Shown here piece by piece: positions 62,380-64,000 of a DNA stretch of 64,000 bases. Made by a program: the position numbers and the translations under genes. How positions within the stretch are numbered: position 1 is the stretch's first letter; each line of letters begins with the position of its first letter. The notes below the pieces were generated by a model. That model did no database searches. It was not told where the DNA came from and was given only the letters and a program-made list of their open reading frames with translations. Source of the DNA: Amphiscolops sp. MND2022 (lineage: Eukaryota); assembly GCA_964187785.1 (NCBI GenBank), contig OZ076412.1, positions 57,722,001 to 57,786,000 of the forward strand, given 5' to 3'.

Positions 62380-63170
62380 ACGATCACGAAACTACTTTAC
62401 AGCGAATCAGAGTGAAGTACAATTCTTTTGCAACCTCAAAAAGTATCTAAATTTACCATGAGGTGAGTTCTGATATATGGGCTAGTTTCTAGAGTAGCAG
62501 CTGAAAAATTTCAGCTTAGTAAAGAATAACGAAAAAATAGTGCTTGCGAATTTCCAGGGAGTCTTTTGGTTCAATATTCAGTCTTGCATTGAAAAAGTAA
62601 ACTAGTGAAAAAATTCGATGCCAAAAATGACTGGATGGAAAAGGGTTCTGGGAAAAGGGTCGTTTTCACTGATGAAACCCGTGTGCGTCTGAGCAGTGAC
62701 GGTATTGAGAGTTTTCCGGAAAACGTATTGCGTTTCCACTCAAAACATTCAAGGGCAAAACACATAAATGATCGATCATGTTCTGGGCAGCTAATTGATC
62801 CGATGGTAGAAAGATGCTAGTTAGATGCCCGAAAACGACAGCGGCGGCTATGTCGAAATAAAGTATTATAGAAGTTTTCACCTACCGGACATTATATTCC
62901 AGCTCTATAATGCTCCAATTCATGGGAGCATAGAGGTTTCCAACTCTAGCAGGTGAAAAGCAGTAGGAAGTGCTCGAATGGTTTCCATAAAGTCCTGCTT
63001 TGAACCCCATAAAATGCTTGTAGTATACTGAACAAAAGCCTGCAAGGACAAACTCTGACAGGAAAATTTGGACGAAATCGTATTTGATATTTGGAACAAA
63101 ATCAGTCCCGGAGATATCCGAAAGTTGTACGCATCATGTGAGGGTCGCCTCGTAAAAACTTAAAAAAAAA
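62380..63170 (+). pseudogene. Decayed Tc1-like DDE transposase
   Basis: RVVFTDETRV (first D), a DIIFQ..NAPIH relic (second D), a WFP*SPALNPI relic (WP.SPDLNPIE motif) and WNKIS..IRKLY..C..RL. Contains frameshifts. Confidence 0.75.
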
Positions 63171-64000
63171 CAATGAAAATATCATTGGTTATTAGTGTCT
63201 TTCCGAATTTGATTGAACTTTTTTGTTTGAATTTCATTTTACCCTGGTTTTTTAAAAAAATTCAACAGATTTACGTTGTTTTCTGGTCCCATAGTGTAGT
63301 AATTTCCCGTTGTTTTTTTTTCATTCCGGTCGAAGTGACCCTGGATATTGTATAAAAATTCTAAATTCATTTTTAGAGTTCATAAATCCATTCATATTTT
63401 CACATACATATTCCAATTAAAGGGGAAATTGGGTGTTATTCTCAATACTGCGACTCTTTTCCGAAGAATTTTCAATTTTGCAGAATTGCCCCCTTCGGCT
63501 TTTTTGGTCCTTTTTAGTTTTAATAAAAGTCTTTTCAAAATCAAAGATCCCTATGGATTTTTTTGACAGTGTGACTTGTTTTGGGCGCCGATTTACGCCT
63601 TTCTCAGTTTGTTTGGAATATGATGCTTTATTATAGCGTAATTAAACATCCTTTGGCTGAGTTTTGTCATTATCCGACGAACGAAATGGTTATTTTCCCA
63701 TAGATTAATTCAGTTTATACTCCAACGAGTCGGAACCGGTCCCCTCAAGGTTCAGAAGATTGAAGTTTTTTACAATGCAAAAGGACGTATCTTTTTTACA
63801 GTGCCAAAAAATACCCGAAATGATACCCATAAGACTCGGAATTCACTTTTTTCCCGACTGGAAACAACAAAAAACATTTTTAAAATGAAAATTCCAAAGT
63901 CGGCGCTATATTTAAGGGTCAAATAACACTAAGATTTCAAAATATGCCCATAGCGTGTTTATGAAAATCCCAGAAAACAGTTTCGAGACGACCAAAGGGT

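Overview
AT-rich, transposon-dense eukaryotic (animal) genomic DNA. The repeat and gene style suggests a marine invertebrate, possibly an acoel, but this is not provable from the window. Five host genes lie on the + strand: a 5-exon Cys-loop ligand-gated ion channel subunit (2069-16999), galactose mutarotase GALM (37971-43745, last exon tandemly duplicated), NIP7 (48784-49638), a short coiled-coil ORF ending in a CEP290-like motif (51937-52623) and a divergent Smoothened-like receptor (55885-59089). Mobile DNA includes two Ty3/gypsy-type LTR elements, a Bel/Pao element lacking RT, a cluster of CRE/RLE-type non-LTR remnants, LINE, hAT and Tc1 relics, several MITEs and a Helentron-associated (HINE-like) family. 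Two unexplained patterns stand out. (1) Host introns with poor or non-canonical donors (one GG-AG, one GC-AG) carry 10-13 bp inverted complementarity joining the 5' splice-site region to a segment ending 7-15 nt before the 3' AG, while introns with consensus donors lack it. (2) A very young non-autonomous LTR element carries a semi-regular array of about 17 GG(A/C)C-N5-G(T/G)CC dyads with variable loops and spacers.
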